This document shows, piece after piece, positions 28,797 through 38,716 of a stretch of 64,000 bases of DNA. Position numbers and translations under genes: made by a program. Each line of letters opens with the position of its first letter. Positions within the stretch are counted from its first letter, which is position 1. The DNA comes from Limisphaerales bacterium (GTDB lineage Bacteria; Verrucomicrobiota; Verrucomicrobiia; Limisphaerales; SIBE01). Location: NCBI GenBank assembly GCA_044225505.1, contig JBGAIN010000021.1, positions 1-64,000 of the forward strand, given 5' to 3'. The notes beneath the pieces were generated by a model, which was not told the origin of the DNA, did not search any database, and saw only the letters and a list, made by a program, of their open reading frames with translations.

Positions 28797-31700
28797 ACCG
28801 CGCTCCCTGTTCCAGCCCGCCGCTATGGGCTTGCAGCGTGCCGCCCATCTCAATGGCCGCCAACGCGCTACTGTGGAGGCCATATCCGTGCCCGGCCGCG
28901 CGTGTCGTAAATCCTTGCACGAAAATGCGCGTCAAGTTTTCTGGCGCAATGCCGACGCCATTGTCGGCAACCTCCATTCGGACGCCGCCGTCAGCGCGGG
29001 GCGCGACCCTCACGACGATGCGTTTTTTCGGGCCAGGACCGGCGTCACACGCCTGTTTGGCATTGCTCAGAAGACTCACGAGGATTTGGGTCACTTTGTG
29101 ACGATCCAGAAGAAATGGCGCCACAGTAGCATACTCGCGCTCCATGATGATATCGGGCGTATGAAAGGCTTCCGCATGGATACGCAGTGCGTCTTCCATC
29201 ACTTCCTGCGGAGAAATGAGTTCGAAGACGCCGCCCGCACGGCCGTAGCGCTGCTGTAGAGCGATGATTTCTTTGATGTGGTCAACGTTCCGTCCAAGCG
29301 CGGTCACTTCCTCAACGACCTCCCCGCGATCTTCGGTCAGACGTTGTCCCAATTGTTCCAGGTAATGGGGAAGGGCGCGGCCCTTCTCGTCGTGAACCAT
29401 GAAGTGATCCAAATCTGCAGTGTGTTCGCCCAGTAACTGAGCCACCTTCGTAACGGCCGATTCTTTCGAGCGGTGCAGGCGATCGAGGATGACGCTCACA
29501 GAGACGTTAACGCTGTTCAAAACATTGCCCACGTTATGCAGAAGGCTACTGGCCACGTCGGCCATGCCCGCCCGGCGGGAAGCGGAAATCAGCTCTTTGT
29601 GAATCCGATCTTTCTCCTGTTCTACCCGCTTTCTTTCCTCGACTTCGTTTTCCAACCGGCAAGTCCGTTCCTCCAACTGCAGCCGGGCGCACCGGTGCTC
29701 TTCCATTTCTGAGGCGAGCGATTGATTCACCGCCGATAACTTCACACTAGACGCGAGGATCTCCCGGTCGCGGCGGATGACCAGGACCAAGAGGAGAACT
29801 AATCCCGAGCCCCCCGTGCCTAGGAGCGCGAGAAACCAGCCTTGCTGCCAGACTGGCGGAAGCACAATGAAGGCCACCGCCGCGGGCATGGATTCAACAT
29901 TGAAATCGCTGTCGCGCGCGCGCACTTGAAAACGATGATGTCCGCTCTTCATCTGTTGATAATAGTGGGAAGTGGCGCGAGAGAATGGCGACCACTGTTG
30001 CTCGTTCAACCGAAAAGAATATTCGATGTTCTCTGGCGGAGTGGCGTGCCAAGGCGCGAACCCTTCCCAGGAAAGAAACGCGTTGCCCGGTTGTGACACG
30101 ACTCCGGGCGAAACGAGAAACCGCGTCACAGGGACCTGGTGGCTTGGCTGATACCTCGTGGTGCGGAAAAGCGCGTTGTCACGATCGCTCAGAGGGGTCT
30201 TGGTAATGCCCCTTTGGTACCACGAACGCGTCGTCATATTGACCCAGATGGCACGGTCGGACGACTGTCGGAGGGTCCCTCCTTCACGGTCGATGTGCAA
30301 TGCGGAGGGCAAGGCAAAGGGTGTCCAGCTTCGGCCGTCGAACCGACTGATCCCTTTGGCATTGGCGGCCAGGACAGTGCCATCGTGAAGGCACCGAATC
30401 GCGGATACCATGTTATTGGCTAGACCTTGGTCGGTGGTATATTTGGTCCAGTTGGTGCCGCGCAGGCAAAACGCGCCTACACCACCGACGGAGAGCCACA
30501 GTTGGCCATCCTGCGCGCCGTAGACGTCGTCAATCCAGCGGTCTTCGAGTTCTTTGGGGACTGTGGTGTTGAGCTTCCGATCCCCGTCAAGGCGTGTCAG
30601 ATCGAGTCCGCCCACCCAGAGCATGTTGTCGGCTGTTTGTCCAATGCCGACGCAAAAGAAACTCATGCTCTGTTCCGGCCCAAAATGAGTCCACTGTTCT
30701 CCGCCATCCTGTTGTCGTCGAAGTCGCAACAAACCGCCCCGATTCCCTTGCAACCACGGTCCCGGCTCGCACCCTAACCAGAGAGTGCCGTCGCGTGCTT
30801 CGAACATCGATCGATATCCCACCGGATAGACCAGTTCGGGATGCTCCCGCCGGGCCCAGGCCGAGCCGTTGAATTGCGCAGTGGCGGGAACTCCCTGGTG
30901 ACTTCCCCCAATCCATACGTCACCCGCCTGCGTGATCATGAGTCCGGTTGGGCAGTCAATGAGACCATCCTCAGCTCCGAATCGGACCCAGCTATCCGTT
31001 CTCGGTTCCTCGACGACGACCGCTCCTTCCCGGGTAAGATACCACCGTTTGCCGTCCGGCGTTTCCCCATGGAAGTGAAGCCCAGGGTAGGTCCGCCAAC
31101 GACGACCCGAATAATCCACCCTCCAGGTTTCGCTGTCGCGTCCGGCAATCCACAAATCGCCGCGCGACGTTTCCCGAATGCAAAACCGGTCCTGGCTGAG
31201 AGGCAAATCTTCCGCCTCATAGCTGCGCCAACGGTTTTCCGCGAAGGCAAACAGCCTGCCAAACCCGCTTACCCAACAAACCCCGTCTCGCGTTTCCAGA
31301 ACTGAATTATAGATGTCGTCGCCTCCAAACTGTCTGCTCAGACGCAGTGAGGTCCAGCGTCGACCGTCAAACTGATTGATTCCGGAGTTTCCGCTGTCGT
31401 CGATTGTCCAAATGGTCCCGTCCGCCGTTTGGACGATGCTGGAGACGTGATCCGCCAGGTCCAAACCGTCCTCCTTCGTATAGGCATCCCACTCTAAGGA
31501 AGTGCCCTCGGAAAGATTACCGCCGAGGCGGAACACACTCTCGGTCGTAGCGGCCCAAATGGAACCGGCTTTATCCACCATTGCCGAGTAGACAGCCCCT
31601 TCCAGGTGTCGCCCCTCAGGAAGAGGTATGGTGCGTGCATTGGGCGCGGAGCGACCCAGTATCGAGCAATTGGTTGCAGCACTGAAAAAGATGATCATCT

Positions 31701-32193
31701 CCGGCGACATCCGGGCCAAGCCGTAGTACGTCCCGAACCACAGGCTGCCTCCGGGGTCTTCCGTCATACATAAGATTCGACACGGACCCGCCCCTGGAGC
31801 AGGCCACAACGTCTGCCATTTCCCGCCCTGAAACCGGCAGAGGCCCGACTCCGTGCCAGCGTAAATACTTCCGTCACGGGATCCGCACAGCACCCGAACC
31901 TGATTGTCCAGTAACCCGTCTTGCGTGCTAAACGACTGCCACCGGACACCGTCGTATCGAGTGACTCCCGTCCGAGTCCGGAACCACATCGCACCATCTT
32001 GAGCTTCGGTCATGCTCATCACCCATTGGCCATCCAGTTCGGGATAGTGAACCCACCGCCACGGCTCCAGCAGAGGGTCCCCCGTTCCCGGGCGGTAGAC
32101 ACTGGTTCCTAATGTGGTGAGGGACGTCGCTAAGAATGGGAGAAGAAACCCAAGGCAGACTGCGAGTCGCATGGCAAGGGATGGGCCGTGCAT
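28717..32193 (-). CDS. Sensor histidine kinase with periplasmic two-component-regulator propeller and Y_Y_Y domain
   Basis: Repeated D..G..W.GT..G blades, YSFRL...WSPF...H.FQVRARD, PPVWQQGWF plus TM, H-box LHNVGNVLNSVN, NAKQA, DNGVGI, GHGYGL, GARFTL. Confidence 0.92.
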   Translation of the reverse strand: MHGPSLAMRLAVCLGFLLPFLATSLTTLGTSVYRPGTGDPLLEPWRWVHYPELDGQWVMSMTEAQDGAMWFRTRTGVTRYDGVRWQSFSTQDGLLDNQVRVLCGSRDGSIYAGTESGLCRFQGGKWQTLWPAPGAGPCRILCMTEDPGGSLWFGTYYGLARMSPEMIIFFSAATNCSILGRSAPNARTIPLPEGRHLEGAVYSAMVDKAGSIWAATTESVFRLGGNLSEGTSLEWDAYTKEDGLDLADHVSSIVQTADGTIWTIDDSGNSGINQFDGRRWTSLRLSRQFGGDDIYNSVLETRDGVCWVSGFGRLFAFAENRWRSYEAEDLPLSQDRFCIRETSRGDLWIAGRDSETWRVDYSGRRWRTYPGLHFHGETPDGKRWYLTREGAVVVEEPRTDSWVRFGAEDGLIDCPTGLMITQAGDVWIGGSHQGVPATAQFNGSAWARREHPELVYPVGYRSMFEARDGTLWLGCEPGPWLQGNRGGLLRLRRQQDGGEQWTHFGPEQSMSFFCVGIGQTADNMLWVGGLDLTRLDGDRKLNTTVPKELEDRWIDDVYGAQDGQLWLSVGGVGAFCLRGTNWTKYTTDQGLANNMVSAIRCLHDGTVLAANAKGISRFDGRSWTPFALPSALHIDREGGTLRQSSDRAIWVNMTTRSWYQRGITKTPLSDRDNALFRTTRYQPSHQVPVTRFLVSPGVVSQPGNAFLSWEGFAPWHATPPENIEYSFRLNEQQWSPFSRATSHYYQQMKSGHHRFQVRARDSDFNVESMPAAVAFIVLPPVWQQGWFLALLGTGGSGLVLLLVLVIRRDREILASSVKLSAVNQSLASEMEEHRCARLQLEERTCRLENEVEERKRVEQEKDRIHKELISASRRAGMADVASSLLHNVGNVLNSVNVSVSVILDRLHRSKESAVTKVAQLLGEHTADLDHFMVHDEKGRALPHYLEQLGQRLTEDRGEVVEEVTALGRNVDHIKEIIALQQRYGRAGGVFELISPQEVMEDALRIHAEAFHTPDIIMEREYATVAPFLLDRHKVTQILVSLLSNAKQACDAGPGPKKRIVVRVAPRADGGVRMEVADNGVGIAPENLTRIFVQGFTTRAAGHGYGLHSSALAAIEMGGTLQAHSGGLEQGARFTLDLPGRQKPDGSSNGEEPGLGAQQ

Positions 32194-32815
32194 TAGGTAT
32201 AGCCTTGCTCAGCAGCGCTGGCGGTAACCAGCGACGTCACTGCCGATATTTTTCTCATCGCAATACGACACCGAGAGCAACGATTACATCTTTGCCCACA
32301 TTAGCGTCATCGGCAGAACTCAGGAAGAACCTTAGTGACGATTAATGGTGAGCGTTCAGCTTCTTTGCCACAATCAACGACTTACAACAGATCGGCGAGC
32401 CCGTAGAAGATGGGCTGACATGATCGACGATTCTTCCCCTTCTTCGTTACAACGCAGCGACGCTTCATGCAACGTCGTGCTCTCCGAAACGGCCGGCGAC
32501 TTACTTCCCAGGACCGGCTCACGTTTCGCCCACTGAAAGATGGTGCTGGTTTCGACCGTAACCTTAATAGAGGAGCGTTCCGCTGCTCGGAAGAGAAGGT
32601 TCCGAATCCGATGTTGGTTCGAGGCCGCTTGCGAGAAACGCATGCTGCAGTTGGCGTGCACAGGCGATCGATTCGTACCCAGTGCGAAAGCAACCCGAAT
32701 GATCACGTCCCGAGGAGGACGCTCCCTGGGATAGGTTCCATCTCCGCGAATCTACTCTCTCACTCCATGGCGGAGGGAAAACAATCAAACGCGCTTGACG
32801 CTCTTATATCCTATT

Positions 32816-34552
32816 ATGAAGAACGATACTACATGCACTAAATCGCGCGAGCTCACCGCTCGCGCGGCACAAGTCATCTCTAAACTGGCCGGCAGTCAAC
32901 AAGTCACAACGCAGGAAACCGCCAGAGATCAATTGACCAACGGAGACGCTGTCTTCCTCTTTACCGGCTATAGCACCGCGGAGCCAAACGGCAAGGCGTT
33001 CCAAGTGGTCCTGAACACGGCGGGCAAAGAGCTCAAGCGAGAGGATCTGGAAAAGTCGGAAAAGAGGTCACTGTTTCTCCCGCCAGTGCCTGAAGTCAGC
33101 AAAGAGCTGCTTCTCCCCTTCGCCGTGGCAGCGGGCGATATCAAAATCTCGCCCACTGAAAACAAACTCACCCTGGATGAATGCAAACGCTTCAACGAAG
33201 TGATTACGGTCACGATTCCGAAAGACTCCAGGAGAAAGGTGGATATCTACTTTCTCGCGGACACAACGGGGAGCATGACCGATTTCATCGCTGCCGTTAA
33301 AGCGGGCGCGAACAACATCCTGACGGCCGTCAATGCCACAGGCAACGACTTGGTCTACGGCGTTGGCAATTACCGCGACTTTACGGACCCAGCGCCTTAC
33401 CCGTTTCAACACCAACTCAATCCCACCGCCAGTGCTGCCGCTGTCACCGCTGCCATCAACACGTGGACAGCCAATGGCGGAGGCGATGATCCGGAAGCCC
33501 AATTGTTCGCTCTCAGTCAGTTGGCGCAAGCGCCCGGGGGCAGTATCGGCTGGCGTCCGGATTCCAAGCGCATCATTGTTTGGTTTGGGGATCAACCTGG
33601 GCATGATCCGTCCGGCGCCGCCACGCTGGCTTCCACGCTAGCTCAATTACAGGCGCAGAACATATCCGTGATTGCCATTAGCGTCGGCGCTAATCAGCTC
33701 AATGCGACTGGGCAAGCGGTTGCTATCGCTTCGGGCACGGGCGGATCGTTTCAGGCCGGCATCAACGCAACCAACATCGTCAATACAATCATTGCGCTGA
33801 TCAATAGCCTGGTGTCTGTGATCAATAACGTCTCCCTGGTCCCGGCTGGCAGTACCGCGCCGTTTGTGACCCTGATTGATCCGCCCGGCGGCTATGGACC
33901 TCTTAAGGGCGATCGTGAGCATGTGCTCACGTTCCATGTGACGTTCACCGGGGTGAGACCGTGTGCGGAGAAAGACCAAGTGTTCCATGGCAGCCTCGAC
34001 GTCGTTGCCGACGGCGTGGTGGTGGCCCAGAAGAAGGTCGAGGTGCGAGTACCTGCTTGCTGCCGCCGCCGCCGCTATAGCTATAGCGTCAAGTATGTGA
34101 TCGGCCGCCAGGATCGCGAAGACTGCGCCTCGCGTATGCCAGTGAATCCCGGAACTTACACAACCGAGATTAACATCCATAACTATCAACTCAAAGAGGC
34201 ACTCATCGAGAAACGGCTCGTCCCGCTAATCCTGCAAGGTGAGCCAGTCGGTCGTGAGCCGCGGTTCTCCGGCGTCCTGGCCACCGATAAAATTGTCCTG
34301 CCTCCCTACGCGGCCACCATGGACGATACGTTTCGGCTCAACGAACTGATCTACAAAAACGCTCCACCCTGCAACACGCCGCTTAACGTCGGCTTTCTTC
34401 ACATTCTCAGCAATGTCGAGCTTGCGGTCACTGCTGTTTATACGGCGGCGGACAACAAAACGAGCGAGGTATTGTCGCTCGAAGTGGAAGAAATCACCGT
34501 TCACGAGGTGCCGGTGGATTCGGATATTCGCGTGCCGACTCCCATCCCTTGA
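32816..34552 (+). CDS. vWA-domain protein (integrin-beta-like) with unknown C-terminal domain
   Basis: MIDAS VDIYFLADTTGSM, GGGDDPEA, IGWRPDSKRIIVWFGD; C-terminal YSYSVKY...PGTYTTEINIHN domain. Confidence 0.82.
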   Translation: MKNDTTCTKSRELTARAAQVISKLAGSQQVTTQETARDQLTNGDAVFLFTGYSTAEPNGKAFQVVLNTAGKELKREDLEKSEKRSLFLPPVPEVSKELLLPFAVAAGDIKISPTENKLTLDECKRFNEVITVTIPKDSRRKVDIYFLADTTGSMTDFIAAVKAGANNILTAVNATGNDLVYGVGNYRDFTDPAPYPFQHQLNPTASAAAVTAAINTWTANGGGDDPEAQLFALSQLAQAPGGSIGWRPDSKRIIVWFGDQPGHDPSGAATLASTLAQLQAQNISVIAISVGANQLNATGQAVAIASGTGGSFQAGINATNIVNTIIALINSLVSVINNVSLVPAGSTAPFVTLIDPPGGYGPLKGDREHVLTFHVTFTGVRPCAEKDQVFHGSLDVVADGVVVAQKKVEVRVPACCRRRRYSYSVKYVIGRQDREDCASRMPVNPGTYTTEINIHNYQLKEALIEKRLVPLILQGEPVGREPRFSGVLATDKIVLPPYAATMDDTFRLNELIYKNAPPCNTPLNVGFLHILSNVELAVTAVYTAADNKTSEVLSLEVEEITVHEVPVDSDIRVPTPIP

Positions 34553-34570
34553 GCGCCGAGATCTGAACTA

Positions 34571-34604
34571 GCCCCCGCGATGGTCTGGATGCCCGCGCGG
34601 GGGC
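34571..34604 (+). terminator. GC-rich stem-loop after the vWA gene
   Basis: GCCCCCGCG-N16-CGCGGGGGC. No clear U-tract. Confidence 0.35.
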
Positions 34605-34617
34605 CTTCCGCGCTCTC

Positions 34618-34797
34618 GTAGCCGCCGACGTAAGGAGGCGGATCAGGCTGCTGGAGTCGTAGCCGCTGACGTAAGGAGGCGGATCGGGCTGATGGAGTCG
34701 TAGCGGCCGGCGTAAGGAGGCGGATCGGGCTGATGGAGTCGTAGCCGCTGACGTCAGGAGGCGGATCGGGCTGATGGAGTCGTAGCCGCTGACGTCA
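34618..34797 (+). repeat. Tandem array of GTAG-type REP units, 41-bp period, fifth unit interrupted by an IS
   Basis: GTAG at 34618, 34659, 34700, 34741 and 34782. Consensus GTAGCCGCYGACGTMAGGAGGCGGATCRGGCTGMTGGAGTC. Confidence 0.92.
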
Positions 34798-36494
34798 CAG
34801 GCTGTGTGAAAACTCGAATCTTCCCAGATAGAGGGCGGCAGGGCCGTTTTCCGGCGGCTTCAACCTGTTCGATCTTTATTAAGTTCCACTAGGCGCTGTT
34901 GGTGGTCCATTTTTCGGCCCCATTCGCTTCGCCAACCCCGTTCGGAGGCCTTCCGACCCTCGAGGGACTTTCTACCCAAGCTCAGCTCGGAGGGAGCGAA
35001 GCTTCTGGACCAGCTCAGACACCGAAAAGAGGTTCAACACCCGCCTCAGATTATAGGCCAGTGCACTGAGCGAGAACTCGGCTCGGATCTTTTTCAAGCC
35101 TCTCATCAGAAATTTATCGTGTCCCCAGTCGCGTAACGTGCCAAAGACGTGTTCAACGATAGCCTTACGTTGCTTCATGATCTCCGGATTCTGAGCCAAT
35201 CGCGCCGCTTGCCGATCCACGACTGCTTCATTGGTCCGGCGGTAAATCGCCCGATAGGCCGCACTGGTGCATTGCTCCTTCAAAGGACATTGCCGACAGG
35301 CTGAGCGGTTGTAATAAATGACCCGATCCTTACCTTTGCTCGCACTCACATGGCCGGCTTTGAGCATCTGTCCAGCCGGACAACGATACTGGTCTATTTG
35401 AGGGTCGTAGACAAATTTCTCCTTCGGAAACACCTCTTTTCCATTCCTACTTTGGCCGCTGCTCTTGCCCGTGTCGGGAACGAAAGTTTCAATCCCAGCC
35501 TGCTCGCACTGCTCCAATTGATCGGCTTCGTGATAGCCCGCATCGGCCACCACTTTGAGTTGCTCGACTTGCAGTTGGGCTTTGGCCGCGACGGCCATGG
35601 GCGCCAGCTGATTGCGATCGCACGCCGCTTGCATTACCTCCTGCTCTAGGATCAGATGATGCTTGGCGTCGACGGCCGCTTGGACGTTATAGCCGATCCC
35701 CACTTTCTGCATCGCCCGACTATCCGGATCGGTCAGTGAGACTTCGCTCTGACCAGCCTTTTCCATCTCCGCCACCAGTTCTTGATAGCTCTGCTTGCGC
35801 TCCTTGCAGCGCGCGATCTTCTCCTCCAGTTGGGGGCCCGTCATTTTACCCCTTGTCCCCTCAGCTTCGCTGTCCCGCTGATCCAAGGCTTTAAGGTAAT
35901 CCTCGATTCGCTGATCGATCCGTTGCAGCAGTTCTTTGAGGTCCTCGGGCGTGTAGTGTCGACGAATATTGTTGACCGCTTTGAATTTGGCTCCGTCGAT
36001 CGCCACCAGTTCCGCCCCGAATAGTTCCAGCTTGCGGCAGAGGAGATTGAACTGTTTAAAGAGTTTCTTGAGCGCCTCGGTATTCTTCCTGCGAAACTCG
36101 GCAATGGTTTTGAAATCCGGACGCAGTTGGCGCATCAACCAAATCAGTTCCAGGTTGCGCCCCGCCTCTGCCTCCAAACGGCGGCTGGAGCGAATCCGAT
36201 TCAGATACCCATAAAGATAGAGCTTGGTCAAATCGGCTGGATGGTAAGGAGGCCGGCCCGTGCTGGCCGGTTCGGCCTGGGCAAAGCCCAGTTCCTTAAA
36301 ATTGAGTTCCTCGGCGAAAGCATCGATAAACCGAGCAGGCGACTCTTGGCCAACGTAGTCCTCCACACACGGCGGCAGAAGCTGGGTTTGAGATCGTTCG
36401 GGGCCTCGCAAATAGCTCATAGCGTTGCTACCCAAATGGACTGAAGCGCCCCTCTAATGTTCAAAAAATCAGCAAAAAGTTTTCACACAGCCTG
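34798..36494 (-). mobile_element. Complete IS1182-family insertion sequence (1697 bp)
   Basis: Perfect 17-bp TIRs CAGGCTGTGTGAAAACT (34798-34814) and AGTTTTCACACAGCCTG (36478-36494). 4-bp TSD GTCA at 34794-34797 and 36495-36498. Confidence 0.95.
34972..36420 (-). CDS. IS1182-family DDE transposase
   Basis: GRPPYHP..L.KLYLYGY...IRSSRRLE, PDFKTIAEFR, AIDGAK, SLTDPDSR, GYNVQAAVD, ADAGY, CPAG, VEHVFG, AYNLRR. Confidence 0.93.
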   Translation of the reverse strand: MSYLRGPERSQTQLLPPCVEDYVGQESPARFIDAFAEELNFKELGFAQAEPASTGRPPYHPADLTKLYLYGYLNRIRSSRRLEAEAGRNLELIWLMRQLRPDFKTIAEFRRKNTEALKKLFKQFNLLCRKLELFGAELVAIDGAKFKAVNNIRRHYTPEDLKELLQRIDQRIEDYLKALDQRDSEAEGTRGKMTGPQLEEKIARCKERKQSYQELVAEMEKAGQSEVSLTDPDSRAMQKVGIGYNVQAAVDAKHHLILEQEVMQAACDRNQLAPMAVAAKAQLQVEQLKVVADAGYHEADQLEQCEQAGIETFVPDTGKSSGQSRNGKEVFPKEKFVYDPQIDQYRCPAGQMLKAGHVSASKGKDRVIYYNRSACRQCPLKEQCTSAAYRAIYRRTNEAVVDRQAARLAQNPEIMKQRKAIVEHVFGTLRDWGHDKFLMRGLKKIRAEFSLSALAYNLRRVLNLFSVSELVQKLRSLRAELG

Positions 36495-36563
36495 GTCAGG
36501 AGGCGGATCGGGCTTGAGGGTGAGGATCAGAGCTGAAATCCGCCTCCTCACGTCGTCGGCTAC
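36495..36563. repeat. Remainder of the interrupted REP plus an inverted REP (REPIN-like pair)
   Basis: GTCAGGAGGCGGATCGGGCT continues the fifth unit. Inverted copy ATCCGCCTCCTCACGTCGTCGGCTAC at 36538-36563. Confidence 0.88.
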
Positions 36564-37117
36564 GAAGCAGAACACTCGGCATTGCGAAAGGCTATGTAGA
36601 GTTTCCAGAAGAGTTCCCAGTAATTGTCCGTCAAGGGATGAAGACGTGGATAGCCTGGAACGATGGCGCCGGTATACGGCCAGTCTCCGGCTAACGGAAC
36701 CAACGCGGCGCGCACCGGATTTTCAAGAACATAAAAACACGTGGCCGCGAAAGCAGTTCGTTGGCGTTCCTCTTCTCGCAGGACATGATCGTGGGCTTGG
36801 TGTTGCCATCGTCGATCTCCTCCCAGGGCCGGTTCTAGTTCGGTGCGCAGAAACTTCATGGCGTTCAGTTGATCGGACTGCTGCCGTAGGCCCATCCAAA
36901 CCAGGTGCAGATGGTCAGGCATGAGGCAGTAGGTTGGGCACCACACCGAGTAGCGGGCAGAGGCATGGAGAAGGAGTTCGCGAAAGAAGGCGTGGAAAGA
37001 AGGAGTGAGCCAGCCGCGAGCACGCTCTTCCACTGGGTTCGTCCAAAACACGACCGCGTGGCCTTGATAGTGATGCCGCGCAAGCCGGGGTAGATTCCCT
37101 TTCCGCTCCCATGGCAT
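36560..37117 (-). CDS. REP-associated tyrosine transposase (RAYT, Y1 HUH)
   Basis: YCLMPDHLH (HUH), WQ...HDHVLR, YVLENPVRAALV...WPY. Flanked on both sides by GTAG REPs. Confidence 0.9.
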   Translation of the reverse strand: MPWERKGNLPRLARHHYQGHAVVFWTNPVEERARGWLTPSFHAFFRELLLHASARYSVWCPTYCLMPDHLHLVWMGLRQQSDQLNAMKFLRTELEPALGGDRRWQHQAHDHVLREEERQRTAFAATCFYVLENPVRAALVPLAGDWPYTGAIVPGYPRLHPLTDNYWELFWKLYIAFRNAECSAS

Positions 37118-37190
37118 ACAGAGATCTTAGCGGCGGACTCCTATCCGCGAAAGCGGAATCCAAGTTTTGCATCGTCGCCGCATCGGAGTC

Positions 37191-37267
37191 GTAGCCGACG
37201 ACGTGAGGCGGCGGATCAGGCTACCGGAGCGGGTTAGGGGAGTCCGCCTCCTGACGTCGTCGGCTAC
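37191..37267. repeat. Inverted REP pair (REPIN-like) upstream of RAYT
   Basis: GTAGCCGACGACGTGAGGCGGCGGATC at 37191 and TCCGCCTCCTGACGTCGTCGGCTAC at 37243-37267. Confidence 0.9.
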
Positions 37268-37288
37268 GAAGCGCCCCAAACCGCGGAG

Positions 37289-38301
37289 TTAAGCATCCGC
37301 TGGAAGACTCCTCGCCAACTGATTCGCAATGATCCCGTTGACCAGCAATTGGAGGGGATGGTACAGCATGATCGGAAGCAAAATGAGCGACAGATCGCTC
37401 CGGGCGCCGAAGATCAGCATGGCGAGCGGCACACCCATCGCCAGCGTCTTTTTGACGGAACAGAAGTAAGCGGCAATCAGGTCTTCCCGGTTCATGCGCA
37501 AAGCGCGGCAGGCGGCATAAACAAGGCCTGAGATGATCGTGAACAGCAGCGCCACCCCCAGAAAGACCTGGACGGTGAGTCCGAATCCGTGCGTCTCCCA
37601 GATCCTTTCGCTTACCGAATCGCAAAATGCGGTGTAAACGATGAACAGGATAATCGTATTGCTGATGCGAGCGACCCACGGTTTCAACGCCTTGAGCCAC
37701 GCTTTCACCACGTTTCGCAACAGCATTCCGAAAAAGAAGGGCGCCAGCGTCAACGCCGTGATCTTGACCAGCAAAGGCCCGAGTGGCGTCGATTCGCCTG
37801 TTGTCTTCATCAGAAGCTGAACCAGCACCGGGGTGAGGAACACACCCAGGATATTGGAGAATGCGGCATTAAAGAGTGCTCCGGCCGTGTTGCCGTGCGC
37901 CACCGCGGTCAAGACAACGGAAGTCGAGACCGTCGACGGCAGAACGCAAAGGTAAAGAAACCCCGACTGGATCGCTTCGGGTTCAGATAGCCAAACCTTT
38001 GCCGCCACGTTGTGGAAAGCTAATCCCACCAGCGGGAAGACCGCGAAAGTGAAGGCCTGCACGGTTAGGTGCAAGCGCCAGTTTCCGCACCGCTCTTGAT
38101 CTGTTCCACGGCCAGGGAAAGCCCCTGCAAAAACAGGATCAAGGCGATGCCGATGTTGTTCAGCAGGTCCGGGTGTAAGAAGCCACGCTTGGAGCCCGGG
38201 TTGGGAAAGAGGAACGCCAACAGGACGGCGACGAGCAGCCCCAAGATGAACCCGTTGCTGCGAATCCAATGAACCTTCGGGCTGTTCGCACTCCCACTCA
38301 C
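37289..38301 (-). pseudogene. Bile acid:sodium symporter family (YfeH/SBF-like) gene with a 1-nt frameshift
   Basis: N-terminal frame (GFILGLLVAVLLAFLFP...GLSL..EQIKSGA) and C-terminal frame (NWRLHL..Q.FTF.VFP, LPSTVSTSV, GN.AGALFNA, SVKKTLAMGVP, YHPLQL) join at GCG-GA-AAC-TGG near 38084. Confidence 0.8.
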
Positions 38302-38716
38302 GAATTGGCGCCCTTATTACTGGATGGACCACCGGAAAACAATGGGTTTGGACTTAGCCTCGTGCCGTCCGCAAAATTGCGGACAGCTGCTTAACGGCCA
38401 GGCGCACGGTATTTCCGACCCTATCCAAACTGGGAGGCTCGCGATCGTGTGTCTGAAGGACACCAGGAGAGGAAGGTGCGGCGCGGCTTCCACGTTCTCC
38501 CAGACGCGGTGCCCGGGTTCAGGAACTACCTCCCTGGACTGCGCTTTCAGCGCGAGGAATTCTTGGGGCACGACCCCGGGGCCGTTGGCCCCGTCTACCA
38601 TGGTCGGGCCTCCAGCCTCAAGGTCGAAGGACTCAACCCTTGATCACCTTCCCCAATTCCGCTGGAAACAGCAAAGGGGCCTCAACCGCCCGTAGCCAGA
38701 TCCCAGGCCCCCCCTT

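Noticed and set aside
34618..34797. Possible CRISPR array (regular 41-bp period)
   Set aside because: Inter-repeat segments are near-identical rather than unique spacers, there are no cas genes, and the units are GTAG REPs next to a RAYT.
38086..38332. N-terminus of the 347-aa symporter ORF as given in the track
   Set aside because: Wrong frame upstream of the frameshift. The true hydrophobic N-terminus is in the 38065-38301 frame.
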